Source: a virus (Duplodnaviria > Heunggongvirae > Uroviricota > Caudoviricetes). From it: a DNA stretch of 64,000 nucleotides. Positions 1 through 10,415 of this stretch are shown here, one piece after another. Position 1 is the stretch's first letter. Each line of letters starts with the position of its first letter. The notes beneath the pieces were generated by a model. It worked only from the letters and a program-made list of their open reading frames with translations, did not search any database and was not told the origin of the DNA. Location: positions 75,468-139,467 of IMG/VR virus record IMGVR_UViG_3300049460_000121, one strand, 5' to 3'. Position numbers and translations under genes: made by a program.

Positions 1-243
1 TTCGCGGATCTGGTTGTAGGAGACGTGGTCCAAGAACGGTTGAAGTGCGTTAATGTGTAAGCGATAGTAGTTCCGGCCGATGTCCGCCGATGCAAATACC
101 TTCGCTGCCCGGTAGGACTTCACACCCTCCGTGATCACCATTTCGAACTGAACCAACCCACGGCAGAAGGAATCAATCACCTTCTTGTGGATATGGCTAG
201 GCTCTGTGATCATGAAGCAGTGACTATATACATCGATCTTCAT
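1..243 (-). CDS. N-terminal part of a probable SF2 helicase (phiKZ gp75-like), truncated by the window edge
   Basis: ATG at 243 with SD GAAAGGGG, frame open to the window start (MKIDDIYSHCFMITEP...). Product is inferred only from position after the gp74-like gene. Confidence 0.5.
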   Translation of the reverse strand, partial: MKIDVYSHCFMITEPSHIHKKVIDSFCRGLVQFEMVITEGVKSYRAAKVFASADIGRNYYRLHINALQPFLDHVSYNQIRE

Positions 244-322
244 CTATCATCCCTTTCACCTAACACCTGTAGGACCCCCTGACGCCACCAGAGGGAGAAG
301 GCGGGTTACCCCGCCATACTAC

Positions 323-2290
323 CTACAGAGGTAAAATCAACGGGTCAAGCAGGTGCTGAGGCCGATCAGTGTTCAAGTACTGTCCAACTTTGGTCAACTG
401 TTCAGCGCCGCCCTGGTATGCAAACAACGCACCCAGAGAGCCACCATTGATGACCTCGTCGTATTTAGCGAAGCGGATAGGCTGACCTACCTCTGGGATC
501 TTGTAATGCCCAGTGCCGACGGCAGGCACCATAAGCGCCAACATAACAACTGCCAAATGTGTGAAATGAACATGTACCTTTGGCTGGATCAAACCGTGCA
601 GGTCCAGGAGTGCTTCCACCGGGTCCGTATACTGCCGGAGTTGGCGGAGCTGACCCAGGTGTCGGGATGAGTCATCGTGGGTGGACCGGATAAACACTTC
701 AACTTCTGCTGCGAAGTCTTTCATGCTGACGTGTTTGTTCGGCAGTTCAAAGACTGGTCGAGTGAAGTCCCAGTCACTCAGATCGATGTGGTACATCGCA
801 TCGTCCTGAATACTGAAGCCTTTCTTCAAGAACCAACGCAGGAACTCATTGGTCAAGTACGACATCCGTGCACCACGGCTGACCGATACGTGATAACGCA
901 CTGGTCGCTTGGTGTTGGAAGGGATCTCGAAGCTAATATCCCGGAACTGGGAATGTTTCGCCGCAGACATGCCTTCCTGAACGTCGGCCTTCTTGAGGAT
1001 AGGGAGTTTCGATGCACACGCTGCCCGAGCCTTTGGGGTGCTCCGCAACAACAACGTAATTCCCTTTTCCTTGAGACGCGGGTTGAGGATGATCTGGTTG
1101 AGTTCCTTGCCGGGGAGGATGTACTCCCGCTCACCAGAGTTGATCTTGATCGCTTCGGAGACCGTGGAGGATTCCGAGTGCTTCACCTTCAGTACCCGTT
1201 GGGATACCTCGGACTGCGTCTTGGTGGACGCGATGTGACCGATGTTGGCCCCGTACGGGACGTTATACGCCAGATCACCGTAGCACACGGAGCAGACGCA
1301 GTTCATGTGGCGGTGACGGCAGTTGAACGCCAGACGGAACTCGAGCTTCTGATCGATCAGTTTCCGATCAGTCTGTTCCAGTGCCCGCAGTTTCCCAGAC
1401 ATGGGGTCTCGGAAGTACAAGCCCAACATCGACTTGAACCGATCTGCCGTGACTTCGATCTCGGACAGGTAGTCGGCGCCGCAGTCACCCATCACCAACA
1501 GATCCACCCGCTGGGAGGTGAACTGGAGTTTACGGTTGGCGTATTCCGTTTGTTCCAACGGAGCGCCCGTAAAGATGATCGACTTACCAGCCAGGGTCGA
1601 TTCCATCATGGCTTCTGCCGGATCGTGGATCCCAGCAAAGTAGTTGCCCATGATTGGCGTCTTATAGATGAAGTCATCGATGTCGGTGTTTGCACCCCGT
1701 ACGCCGATGATCTGGAGCAACTGCTCCATCTTCATGATGCCACACCGCAGGTCACTGACCACCGGGTTGCGAGAGATCGACATGTCGTGGAGAAGGATAT
1801 CCTCCAGCAACTTCTGACCTTTCGCAATCGATGCATCATTCTTCTTGATGCCTTCCCGCGCCTCTTTGATTGGAGGGTGATTGTAAAGCCGCAGATAGTG
1901 GAACGAGTTCACACTCCGAACGTATTCGGAGTAGTCCACGATCGCGGTGTTGAACAAACGCTCTTCGGCCTTGTAAATCCAGTACCAGAGTTCCTCACGG
2001 TTGTAATTACCCGTGCCGTAGATCTCCTGCATGTCGCGGGCTACCGCTGACAGAAGACCCTGGACCACCTTGTTAGGCATCGGTCCTTTCGGAATAACGT
2101 GGCGTTTCAACAGCGGAAGTTGGTTGTACTGCTCGTGCGGAAGCCAGAGCATTTTACTGACCTCCATCCGAGCCGTTGTCACAACCTCGTTGGTACCATC
2201 ATCGAATTCCAGCATGAAGCGTTCGTTGTATTCGCATTTCCACATATCGCGTGGGGTATCGAAGAAATGGCGTACATGGAACTGACGCAT
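323..2290 (-). CDS. rpoC: Non-virion RNA polymerase beta' subunit, C-terminal part (phiKZ gp74-like)
   Basis: 655 aa; QIIGVRG, bridge-helix-like TEYANRKLQ, DCG and the CRH..CVCSVCYG zinc motif, NIGHIAS..QRVLKVKH; adjacent to the beta-C gene. Confidence 0.9.
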   Translation of the reverse strand: MRQFHVRHFFDTPRDMWKCEYNERFMLEFDDGTNEVVTTARMEVSKMLWLPHEQYNQLPLLKRHVIPKGPMPNKVVQGLLSAVARDMQEIYGTGNYNREELWYWIYKAEERLFNTAIVDYSEYVRSVNSFHYLRLYNHPPIKEAREGIKKNDASIAKGQKLLEDILLHDMSISRNPVVSDLRCGIMKMEQLLQIIGVRGANTDIDDFIYKTPIMGNYFAGIHDPAEAMMESTLAGKSIIFTGAPLEQTEYANRKLQFTSQRVDLLVMGDCGADYLSEIEVTADRFKSMLGLYFRDPMSGKLRALEQTDRKLIDQKLEFRLAFNCRHRHMNCVCSVCYGDLAYNVPYGANIGHIASTKTQSEVSQRVLKVKHSESSTVSEAIKINSGEREYILPGKELNQIILNPRLKEKGITLLLRSTPKARAACASKLPILKKADVQEGMSAAKHSQFRDISFEIPSNTKRPVRYHVSVSRGARMSYLTNEFLRWFLKKGFSIQDDAMYHIDLSDWDFTRPVFELPNKHVSMKDFAAEVEVFIRSTHDDSSRHLGQLRQLRQYTDPVEALLDLHGLIQPKVHVHFTHLAVVMLALMVPAVGTGHYKIPEVGQPIRFAKYDEVINGGSLGALFAYQGGAEQLTKVGQYLNTDRPQHLLDPLILPL

Positions 2291-2321
2291 TCGGTAACTC
2301 CTTGGTGAATGGTACTCCCGC

Positions 2322-4505
2322 TTAGTCGCGGGAGATGTTCTTGCCGGAAACGATCAACTGGTGGATAGCAAACGCCAGAGGGCGATGTCCACCCAACTTG
2401 AACTTCTCGCGGTCGATGACACGTTCGATGTTAGTTGGCTGTTCAGCCGTGAGGATGTTGTAGCAAACCTCTTTGTGGGCAGTTGGGTTGTTGTTCAGGT
2501 CCATGATGTCGGCGATTACTTCCGCCCCCATTGCATGAGCCATGTTCCGGACAGTGGATTCGTCCATAGACCGGGTTACGGTCTGACGGCCAGGCGACGA
2601 GTACTTGTCCTGGTTGGTAAGACGGGCAGTAGTGCCGAAGTGGCTGGTCTTGGAGGAACTGACACCCGACCAGTCGGTCGCAGTCTTTTCCAGGATCAGG
2701 TAGTAGTTCGGACCGATCAGGATTGGCTCCTTGGTCGTTACCATCTTCCCACTATGGTCACGGTAGGTAACGCAGGTGATCTCTGGCGCGTACGGTCCAT
2801 TCTCCAGCTGTTCCAGTACCTTGTCCATATGGACGCCGGACGTAGATGGCAGGTTGAAGTAAGTACCCCACGGCTCGTCACCGTCTTTGATAACCTGAGC
2901 CAAGTGACGCAACCAGCGCTCGGTAGTCTTGACGTGTGGCTTGGACAACGCCTTGAAGTTCTCGTTCGGTGCTACGATCTTGTACCAACCCATCAGGTAC
3001 TCGAACCGTTCATCCGCAATGTCGCGGTTGGCTGGGTCAAACACCACGTCGTTGATCTCATCCATGGAAATGTATCCCATGTCTGGCAGATCGAATACAC
3101 GACGGATACGCTTGATCACGTCCCGACCTGCCGCACCTACCATTTGTTCGTGGATCAGCCCTGGGTTCATCCGGTTACCGACTGATGTGCAGAGCGCCAT
3201 TACCTCAGAGCGGTTGCCATTCTGGTCGATTGGCATGTCAGCATCAGGACGCACTTCACCGGACACCCCCTTGTTACCGTGCATGCCGGTACCTTTGGAG
3301 CCTTCCTTTACCTGAGCCAGGTATTCGTACGTTACTTCAACACGATACTCGTCGAGCGTCTCGCCACGATAACGGCGGTTGACTTCCAGAGCAGCGGTTT
3401 GACCTTCATACGGCCACAGGCCTTCATCCAACAGATCTTTACCGCAGAAAGCGAATGCTTCGTACAACAAGGCATTCAAACGCATCGACAAGTTAGGACG
3501 GGCTGTCATGTACTTGCCGGAACGTTTCAGCGAGGTCTTGATGATTTCCATGTAGTAACGTTTGTCAGCCTGATAGTACCGGTCGAGTTGTTTCACCAAC
3601 TCTTCTGGCAAGCGACGATCGCGTACCGACTCGTTGCGCACTACCTTGATGTCAACTACCACCGCATCAGGCACGCCATACACTGGCGTATCCATCCCGT
3701 ACACCGGCTTCAACAGCTTCTTCGCCGACATGTACACAGCGTCCAGGATCGGATCGTATGGACGCATGGCACACAGCAGGCCATTGGAATGGATCTTATC
3801 GCCTACATCTGGCAAGACCTTACATTCAGTGGTGGTGCCGTAGGCGTTGATCGGATAGTGAGTCCGGCCAAAGCCAAAGGTCCGACTTTCATAGCCAGTG
3901 GTCTGAATACGCTTGGCGTACGATTCGCTATATACCAGCGCATCTTCAGTTACCGCTGGATCAGTGATCAGGATGACGTTGGTTTCCAACCCTGGCATGT
4001 AGTCACCGTCTTCGGTGACGTTAGGACTTCGCATCAGGATTGTGCCGGCTTCGAACGTTGGCTTGTTCGTGTTCCGCAACTTGTCCATCAGGTCTTCGTT
4101 TTCAACATAACGGAAACCATAGTGCTGGTGCATTACGTGGAACTTCGACAACTCCAGCACGTCCAGTTGGCCGGATTCGTAGTTCTCAAAGATAACGATG
4201 TCCAACGGGTTGATTTTGAACTCCCCGTGGATACCGTCATTCTTAAATCGGGGGATGACCGCCAATACCATCGCATCCACATCGAACTGGTGGCGGAAGG
4301 TGGCTTTGGCCAGTTCTTTCTCCAGCGCTGAACGCTGACGTTTACGGGTACGTCCTACCACGGACAATTCTTGCGTGCGGTTACCGGTGTACATCACCTG
4401 CCGTGCTGCGGACACGTAAGGGAAGTACGGGTTAGAGCCGCTCACCGGGACCATCTCAATCGGGATTTCTTTCGGCGGCAACATCTCTTGTGACGAGTCC
4501 ATCAC
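2322..4505 (-). CDS. rpoB: Non-virion RNA polymerase beta subunit, C-terminal part (phiKZ gp71/73-like), uninterrupted
   Basis: EDA motif, GSKGTGMHGNKGV (GDK..RHGNKG equivalent), NRMNPG, ILIGPNYYLILEK. Confidence 0.92.
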   Translation of the reverse strand: MMDSSQEMLPPKEIPIEMVPVSGSNPYFPYVSAARQVMYTGNRTQELSVVGRTRKRQRSALEKELAKATFRHQFDVDAMVLAVIPRFKNDGIHGEFKINPLDIVIFENYESGQLDVLELSKFHVMHQHYGFRYVENEDLMDKLRNTNKPTFEAGTILMRSPNVTEDGDYMPGLETNVILITDPAVTEDALVYSESYAKRIQTTGYESRTFGFGRTHYPINAYGTTTECKVLPDVGDKIHSNGLLCAMRPYDPILDAVYMSAKKLLKPVYGMDTPVYGVPDAVVVDIKVVRNESVRDRRLPEELVKQLDRYYQADKRYYMEIIKTSLKRSGKYMTARPNLSMRLNALLYEAFAFCGKDLLDEGLWPYEGQTAALEVNRRYRGETLDEYRVEVTYEYLAQVKEGSKGTGMHGNKGVSGEVRPDADMPIDQNGNRSEVMALCTSVGNRMNPGLIHEQMVGAAGRDVIKRIRRVFDLPDMGYISMDEINDVVFDPANRDIADERFEYLMGWYKIVAPNENFKALSKPHVKTTERWLRHLAQVIKDGDEPWGTYFNLPSTSGVHMDKVLEQLENGPYAPEITCVTYRDHSGKMVTTKEPILIGPNYYLILEKTATDWSGVSSSKTSHFGTTARLTNQDKYSSPGRQTVTRSMDESTVRNMAHAMGAEVIADIMDLNNNPTAHKEVCYNILTAEQPTNIERVIDREKFKLGGHRPLAFAIHQLIVSGKNISRD

Positions 4506-4540
4506 TATCTCCTACTGCTTTAGTGAATGAGGTTCAATCT

Positions 4541-4563
4541 GATAATGTATGTCTGCAATTTAA
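4541..4563 (-). promoter_or_regulatory. Phage early-type promoter (TACATTA core) upstream of nvRNAP beta-C
   Basis: Minus strand AAATTGCAGACATACATTATC; same core at 8 other intergenic sites; resembles the phiKZ early consensus TATATTAC. Confidence 0.7.
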
Positions 4564-4573
4564 AGGAGTATTC

Positions 4574-4909
4574 ATGGCCAGTACGTTAGATAACGCAATG
4601 ATCACAGTCCCGTCGGAATATACCCTGTCGGACGAGTACAAGGCGTTCGTGGAATCCATCATCCCCACACTGAGGAATGAGCCGTCCACAAACCTCTTGA
4701 CGGTGCCAGTGGAAACGGGCTACTTGTTCCGTTACGACCTGACATCCTTCTTACTCGATCAAAAAGTAGCCATTGAAGACCATCTGGTGATCATCCGGCT
4801 GAATGACCTTAACGGCCCTCAAGACTTCGACGAACACACCACCAAACTATTGATCCCGGATCAGCAGTTTCTTGGTCAGCTCAAACAAGTCTATCGCACC
4901 CGTATTTAG
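4574..4909 (+). CDS. Small conserved protein, possibly LysM/T4 gp53-like baseplate type
   Basis: SD AAGGAG then ATG 4574; 111 aa; YLFRYDL..IIRLNDL..P..LLIPD pattern; opposite strand to the surrounding operon. Confidence 0.55.
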   Translation: MASTLDNAMITVPSEYTLSDEYKAFVESIIPTLRNEPSTNLLTVPVETGYLFRYDLTSFLLDQKVAIEDHLVIIRLNDLNGPQDFDEHTTKLLIPDQQFLGQLKQVYRTRI

Positions 4910-4910
4910 A

Positions 4911-4960
4911 CAAAAGAAAAGTGGATAGAGGAGGGTTTGACCCCTCCTCTATTTATGCCG
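4911..4960. terminator. Bidirectional hairpin terminator
   Basis: ATAGAGGAGGG-TTTGAC-CCCTCCTCTAT between convergent genes; A-tract on the left, TTTATGCC on the right. Confidence 0.8.
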
Positions 4961-4968
4961 CTACCTGA

Positions 4969-6252
4969 TTACCAGGAACGGCCAGTTCCACGACGGCTGG
5001 TGTAACGGCTATTACGGCCGGTATCCCGCCCACCACGGCGACCTTCGTCACGACGGCCACGGCCGCTGTCACGATCATCGTCACGGTCCCGGCCAGAACG
5101 GCCCAGGATTTCTGCCAGAGAACGACCGCCGCTGTCATCACGCTCTTCGTCACGGCTGCCACGATCACGCTCACGATCGCGGTCACGCTCTTCCGGTTCT
5201 TCACGACGGCTATCACGCCAGTTACGCTCGCGAGTACCTTCGTCACGACGGTTGCGTTCACGATCACGCTCGTCGCTGTTGCGGCGAGGACGATCTTCTT
5301 CCACCAGGCCCAGGTCATCACCACCCAGTTCCAGCGCTTCCTTCTTCACCGCTTCATCACGCTCTTTGCCACGGTTACCCGGAAGAACCGGGATAGCACG
5401 GCCATGGGTCGCTGCGAAGTTGGTGAAGTCCACCAGTTGCTCAGTCCATGCCAGTTCAAACCGCAGACCGGACAGGCTGGAGACAGCTGGGGAGTGACGG
5501 TCAATCAACTTGTTCAGGTGAGTGGCCATTGCGTGGAACGACAGCAGCAACGAATGGAAGTATGGCGCCTCGCCGTCACTGGACGACTTGGTGAATGCCT
5601 TACGCTCTTCTTCGTTACCCAGGACGTATTCCAGCAGGTTGACGATCAGGTGCTTGTCCTTGGTCTTGCGAGCCATCTTCACGCCGAAGAACGTCGTGGT
5701 GTCTTCAGCACCAGCATCGTCCATGATCGGGAAGCTAACCACGCAGCTGCGCAGAGCACCGCCTTCGCCACCGTTCTTGAGGAACAGCGAAACCAGACGT
5801 TTCTCAGGAGCAGTACCCAGGGCATTGATTACCCGGACCAGAGTGTCCAGCGTCTTTTGGTCAGCTTCGACCAGCAGTTGCAGGAACTTCGCCGCATCAG
5901 CCTTCAGGCCTTTGTGACGTTTCTGGTCAATGGCCAATTCCATCAGACCGATGATGACTGCCTTGAAGGTTTCTTTCAGACGCAGCTGAACGTATTCCTT
6001 GTAGGCATTCAGGACAGGGCTTGGACCCTGGCTGATCTGCTCGGCCAACGGAGCGAACGCAATACGCCGTTCCCACTGACCGTCTTCCAGAATGGCAGCG
6101 GTTGGCAGGCAGAGACGTTTTGGGCCGATCGTTACGGGTTTGGCGATGTCATCTGCCAGATACGACAGGAAACCTTCACCACTGGCGTCGAATACACCAA
6201 CGTCTTTCAAGACATTGGCTTCGAACTCCAATACAACTTCTTTCTTTGACAT
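4969..6252 (-). CDS. Conserved nucleus-block protein (phiKZ gp70-like) with a long Arg/Asp/Glu-rich C-terminal tail
   Basis: 427 aa; lies between picA and nvRNAP beta-C; low-complexity RD/RE tail. Confidence 0.75.
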   Translation of the reverse strand: MSKKEVVLEFEANVLKDVGVFDASGEGFLSYLADDIAKPVTIGPKRLCLPTAAILEDGQWERRIAFAPLAEQISQGPSPVLNAYKEYVQLRLKETFKAVIIGLMELAIDQKRHKGLKADAAKFLQLLVEADQKTLDTLVRVINALGTAPEKRLVSLFLKNGGEGGALRSCVVSFPIMDDAGAEDTTTFFGVKMARKTKDKHLIVNLLEYVLGNEEERKAFTKSSSDGEAPYFHSLLLSFHAMATHLNKLIDRHSPAVSSLSGLRFELAWTEQLVDFTNFAATHGRAIPVLPGNRGKERDEAVKKEALELGGDDLGLVEEDRPRRNSDERDRERNRRDEGTRERNWRDSRREEPEERDRDRERDRGSRDEERDDSGGRSLAEILGRSGRDRDDDRDSGRGRRDEGRRGGRDTGRNSRYTSRRGTGRSW

Positions 6253-6268
6253 GGGGTATAGCTCCTAA

Positions 6269-7831
6269 TTACCAGACTGGCCGGCCGTCACGACGTCCGC
6301 GCGAATCGCGGCTGTCACGGGCGTCCGACACATCTGTGCTGAGACTGATGCCGCGGTTGATGTCGACATGGGACGGGGTGGAATCATCACGGGCGTGACG
6401 AACACCTTCGGCCAACTTGACGATCTCATCGGACAACAGGTCGACGGTTTGGATAGTGTTGCTGAGGGTTGGGGCTACCAACGAGTCAGCGGCGCTGAAG
6501 AATGGGAAGTAATGCTCCTCACCCCCGTCAAGACTGATCCAGATTTCGATATCCTGGTCAATGTTGGCGTTGATGGTGCAGTCAATATCCATCATGCCAC
6601 CGTGGCTGATAGCTTGCAGGATGACCGACTCAACCGTGGATTCGAAATACTCCAAGGTAGAGGTGGCTTCCAGTCCCTGTACAAACGGCGTGCAGCGCCC
6701 AGCCAGTACCCGAGGCTCGCCCATGCGGGCACGAGTGTTCAGGATGAGGTTGTCAACCTTCGAGTACATGGCGTTGATCATCACCACCGGAAGGCTCTGG
6801 GCAATGATGGTAGCTGCCAGGCATTCAGGGGAGTCCGAGTTCCAGCTACGCGCTTCGGACAGGTTGATGGAGGACTTCCGCATTTCGTACGGCGTGAACG
6901 GCATCTGTTCATCTTCATTGAACTCAGGATTCATGTCCATGAGCTCGCCAAAGGTGATGTAGCCAGAGTCCATGATGCCGCTGACGCGACGCAACTCTTC
7001 CAGGTACGGATCCACGTCCAGGCAGTTCTCAGGTGCCAGGTCGGAGGCCGAGGCCATGATCAGATCGTCATCTTCACGATCAAGATCGCTACTGCCACGG
7101 GCCGAGGTTGCACGGGAGTGTGCGGTCAGGGCACGAGACAGGAAGCGGGATGGGTCATTGTTCTCACGGGTCGATGCCCGCAGCTGAGAGCTAAAGGAAC
7201 CAGTGGTGTTCGTACCGATAGAACCGGACGACCGCAGATGGCTACCGAATGCAGACTCGGAACCTTTGCGGTTGAACAGATCCATTGGACGCAGGGTCAC
7301 TGGGGTCAGGTCAGTGCGACGACGCTCGCCATTAATAGCCGAACGGTTGAGGATCTGGTCATGCGCCTTGATAGACGGCTGCCAGATCTGACTGCCGCCA
7401 CGGTAAGTGGCTGCTGACATGTGGACGCGAGTGATCGAGTTGAAATACATCTTCATCTCAGGATCGAACTTCGCCCGGCCGGACAACTGGCTGTAGCCGG
7501 AGTGGTCGGTGTAGCCAACGATGTATTCGTAATGGCTGGAGGTACGGCTGGTTTGAATCTCAACCACCATCGCAAACATCAGACGGCGCTCGCCCCAACC
7601 ACCATCGATCTTTGAATCCATCTTGAAATCGATGGACGGAACGATCATGCCTTCGCTTGCAGAGATTGCACTGGCCAGACGCTCGGCGGTAACACTACGA
7701 CCATCATCGGTCAGGTTAACCACGCGGTCGATGTCTGACTGGGTGAAGTCGGTGTCGAAGGGACGAATCACGCCCTGCGCGGCACCATTGGTCTCCACCA
7801 CACTCAATTTCAACAGTTTCATGTTTCCCAC
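6269..7831 (-). CDS. picA: Phage nucleus protein-import factor PicA/Imp1 (phiKZ gp69-like)
   Basis: 520 aa; immediately downstream of the gp68-like gene in the conserved chimallin block; IDGGWGERRLMF, IVGYTD, DPEMKMYFNS. Confidence 0.75.
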   Translation of the reverse strand: MGNMKLLKLSVVETNGAAQGVIRPFDTDFTQSDIDRVVNLTDDGRSVTAERLASAISASEGMIVPSIDFKMDSKIDGGWGERRLMFAMVVEIQTSRTSSHYEYIVGYTDHSGYSQLSGRAKFDPEMKMYFNSITRVHMSAATYRGGSQIWQPSIKAHDQILNRSAINGERRRTDLTPVTLRPMDLFNRKGSESAFGSHLRSSGSIGTNTTGSFSSQLRASTRENNDPSRFLSRALTAHSRATSARGSSDLDREDDDLIMASASDLAPENCLDVDPYLEELRRVSGIMDSGYITFGELMDMNPEFNEDEQMPFTPYEMRKSSINLSEARSWNSDSPECLAATIIAQSLPVVMINAMYSKVDNLILNTRARMGEPRVLAGRCTPFVQGLEATSTLEYFESTVESVILQAISHGGMMDIDCTINANIDQDIEIWISLDGGEEHYFPFFSAADSLVAPTLSNTIQTVDLLSDEIVKLAEGVRHARDDSTPSHVDINRGISLSTDVSDARDSRDSRGRRDGRPVW

Positions 7832-7842
7832 TCCTTACTTAA

Positions 7843-9420
7843 TTAACGGACGTGATCATTCAGCTTGATCAGGATTTCAGCCAAGCGATTGCGGACGCTA
7901 GGCGAGATATCCAGGTACTCTGAAAGATCAGCGCGGTTGTATTCTACAGCGAGCTGTTTAGGGCAGTCGATGAACCAATCGGACCGCATGAACTCTTTGA
8001 TGATCTCTTCGATGCCCCGCACTGCCGAGTTGGCAATGAACAGTTGATCGTCACGCTTAGGATCAGGCATCAGGTACGGGTTGATAACATCCAACACGTC
8101 CCGGTGCGTTTGGCTAACTTTCGCCTTGCTGAGTTCAGTGGTGATTGCTGATACGTCCTTTCGGGCAGTCAGCATGATGGCCAAGTCCAGGAATCCCCAT
8201 TCCCAGAGAATCGTCTGCGCTACAGCCATGTTGTTCTTCAATGTTTCCATGTCGAACATGTCAATCACCACACCGGCGATAACAGTGGACATGATCCAAG
8301 CGGCCAGGCCTTTCTGGGCCCGTGTCGGGTTGAAGTCTTCAATGGTTGCGATGTGAGCGATAGCCGCTTGCAAACGCTCCGGTTGGTAGTTCGGATCGAT
8401 TGCGGCAGCGCAAGTGTGGTACTCGTTCACGTACAGCTGGATGAGAGTCAACTCACCGGCGGTAATCGCTTCCTTCATCTTGTACATCGACCAGACGGAG
8501 GAGTTATCCTCAACTGGCCCAGCTCCGCTCTTCTTCTCGGCGACTTGCTGTTTGAACTCGGTAGCCATGCGGTCAAACCGGCCATCGATATAGTTGTACA
8601 AGATCTTCATCAGGTGATCACGCTCACGCTCAATAGAGAGTGGGGCAATCGAGAGCTTACGGATAACGGCCAGAGCCAACAGGTACGTCGGGATTTCTTC
8701 CGACGACATGAAGTTCAGTGCCGCGGTGATGTCGTACGTGGTTTCTTTGAGATTAGCCCGAACGTACACGTCCAAGCGAGTAAACGCTGGGATCTTGTAG
8801 AACTTGCTGTTCATGATCAACTGGTAGGAGGTGAACTCCTTCATGTTGATGTTTGACTCTTTGCCTGCGATCGGCAGATAGAAACCCCAGATTGGGATCA
8901 TCAGACGCAAGCCCAATGCCACAGCCACCAGATCGATGTATTCCTGGAGGCGGTAGGTCAGGGACTTGTAGGTTGGGGTGATCTTGTCTTCAGTCACGTA
9001 ATCGTCCGACAGTTCCTGCGGTAGCCGGATCTTCGGATTGGTGACGATGAATTCGCGCAACTGGTCGAACTTGACGATATTGTAGATACCGTTGACTTCA
9101 CGCATGATGGCACGCGTCAGGTCGTCGATGTTGCAGTCTTTCGGGTTGGACTGAGTAAAGATACCTTCCAGCTTTTCGTAATGCAGGAACAGCTGGTCCT
9201 TCTGATCTTCGGACAAGTACTTCTGGAGAAACTGGTTGATCTCCGCGAACATGTCAAGATGGCTCCCAATCTCATCGTCCTCACGAACGGAAGCATTGGG
9301 ACGGGCGGTCGAGTAGCCTCCTGTTGGGAAGAACAACTCACCTTCCGTACCGGGTTCCCGCGTTAGCGACACCGCGGAGAAACTTCGTTCGGTGTAGGTA
9401 GAGATTTTAAATTCCATCAC
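7843..9420 (-). CDS. Non-virion RNAP sigma-like fifth subunit (phiKZ gp68-like)
   Basis: 525 aa, helical; synteny chmC-gp68-picA-gp70-beta. Confidence 0.75.
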   Translation of the reverse strand: MMEFKISTYTERSFSAVSLTREPGTEGELFFPTGGYSTARPNASVREDDEIGSHLDMFAEINQFLQKYLSEDQKDQLFLHYEKLEGIFTQSNPKDCNIDDLTRAIMREVNGIYNIVKFDQLREFIVTNPKIRLPQELSDDYVTEDKITPTYKSLTYRLQEYIDLVAVALGLRLMIPIWGFYLPIAGKESNINMKEFTSYQLIMNSKFYKIPAFTRLDVYVRANLKETTYDITAALNFMSSEEIPTYLLALAVIRKLSIAPLSIERERDHLMKILYNYIDGRFDRMATEFKQQVAEKKSGAGPVEDNSSVWSMYKMKEAITAGELTLIQLYVNEYHTCAAAIDPNYQPERLQAAIAHIATIEDFNPTRAQKGLAAWIMSTVIAGVVIDMFDMETLKNNMAVAQTILWEWGFLDLAIMLTARKDVSAITTELSKAKVSQTHRDVLDVINPYLMPDPKRDDQLFIANSAVRGIEEIIKEFMRSDWFIDCPKQLAVEYNRADLSEYLDISPSVRNRLAEILIKLNDHVR

Positions 9421-9438
9421 GGACTCCTAGGTGAGTGG

Positions 9439-9471
9439 TCACTAGTATAATGTAGCATTGTAAAGTTTTAT
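9439..9471 (-). promoter_or_regulatory. Early-type promoter with overlapping TGTAA..TTTA element upstream of the gp68-like gene
   Basis: TCACTAGTATAATGTAGCATTGTAAAGTTTTA, near-identical to the chimallin promoter at 18861-18894. Confidence 0.75.
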
Positions 9472-9555
9472 CATGAACGGGCATAATTTCCTCGATACAG
9501 GCCCCAAAGGGACCTGTACCTTAGATCGAGATACCGTGGTTTACTTGGTTAGACC

Positions 9556-10353
9556 CTAGAAAGGGATATCGTCGTCGAAGCTATCGGACGCTGGGGCCGG
9601 TGCTTGTTGTGGACGAGGAGCTTGTTGCTGATTGCCGCCGTTGTAGTTGTTACCGCCACCACCGCCGTTGTTTGGACGATTGTAGTTGTTACCACCACCG
9701 CCACCTGGACGTTGGCCACCGTTGGCCTGAGCATTCTGCATGCGCTCAAGACGTTTCTTCTTCTGGAACTCTGGTTCTTTCCAGTTCACCGCGAAGTTGG
9801 TGTTGTAGATGTCGCCCAACGCTTTGGCCCAACCGGCCGCTGCAACTGGGGAGGTGATCTTCAGAGGAGCCGGCTGGCCGTTCTGAGTGATCGGGTGGAA
9901 ATCACCTGGCTCGAATACGAACTCGACCAGTTGCATCTTCTTGGCAGCCAATGCGATGGTAACAACGCCATCGGCGCGCTTCTGAACCTGGGTCTTCGAA
10001 ATGATGACTCGGTCTTTGGAGCGAATGGACTTGCCCTGATCGCGGTCCCAGATGAACGGGTGACCCCAGTTCTCGACTTCGAACGAAATCTCGTTAGGGT
10101 AGGCCGCTACCTTTTCCAGAAGGATCAGCAGAGTGTTGAACTCTTTTGGATCCATCGGGCCCTCGATTTTCATCGGGTAGCCTTTCTCGGTTTTCATGCC
10201 GAGGTCGACTTCGATGCAAGGGTTGTTTTCGATCAACTTGATGCGCAGGCTTGGTGGGTATGCGCCTTCCTGGATTGGTTTGCCATACAGACGCAGCTTA
10301 CTGTCATCCATGCAGCCTGGGTCACGACGAGCTTTCTCTGGTGCGTTCGACAT
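9556..10353 (-). CDS. chmC: Nucleus-associated nucleic-acid-binding protein ChmC (phiKZ gp67-like)
   Basis: Directly upstream of the gp68-like gene; beta-rich core plus Gly/Asn/Gln-rich disordered tail ending DDDIPF; ATG 10353. Confidence 0.75.
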   Translation of the reverse strand: MSNAPEKARRDPGCMDDSKLRLYGKPIQEGAYPPSLRIKLIENNPCIEVDLGMKTEKGYPMKIEGPMDPKEFNTLLILLEKVAAYPNEISFEVENWGHPFIWDRDQGKSIRSKDRVIISKTQVQKRADGVVTIALAAKKMQLVEFVFEPGDFHPITQNGQPAPLKITSPVAAAGWAKALGDIYNTNFAVNWKEPEFQKKKRLERMQNAQANGGQRPGGGGGNNYNRPNNGGGGGNNYNGGNQQQAPRPQQAPAPASDSFDDDIPF

Positions 10354-10415
10354 TAATACTTCTCTTGACGAGTGGGGAATAGTGCAGTGCAACTAATGCG
10401 CACGACATGTAAAAT

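Noticed and set aside
4975-5300. Repetitive TCACG/CACGG tract resembling a repeat array or CRISPR
   Set aside because: Explained by Arg/Asp codons of the RD-rich tail; no constant repeat-spacer periodicity
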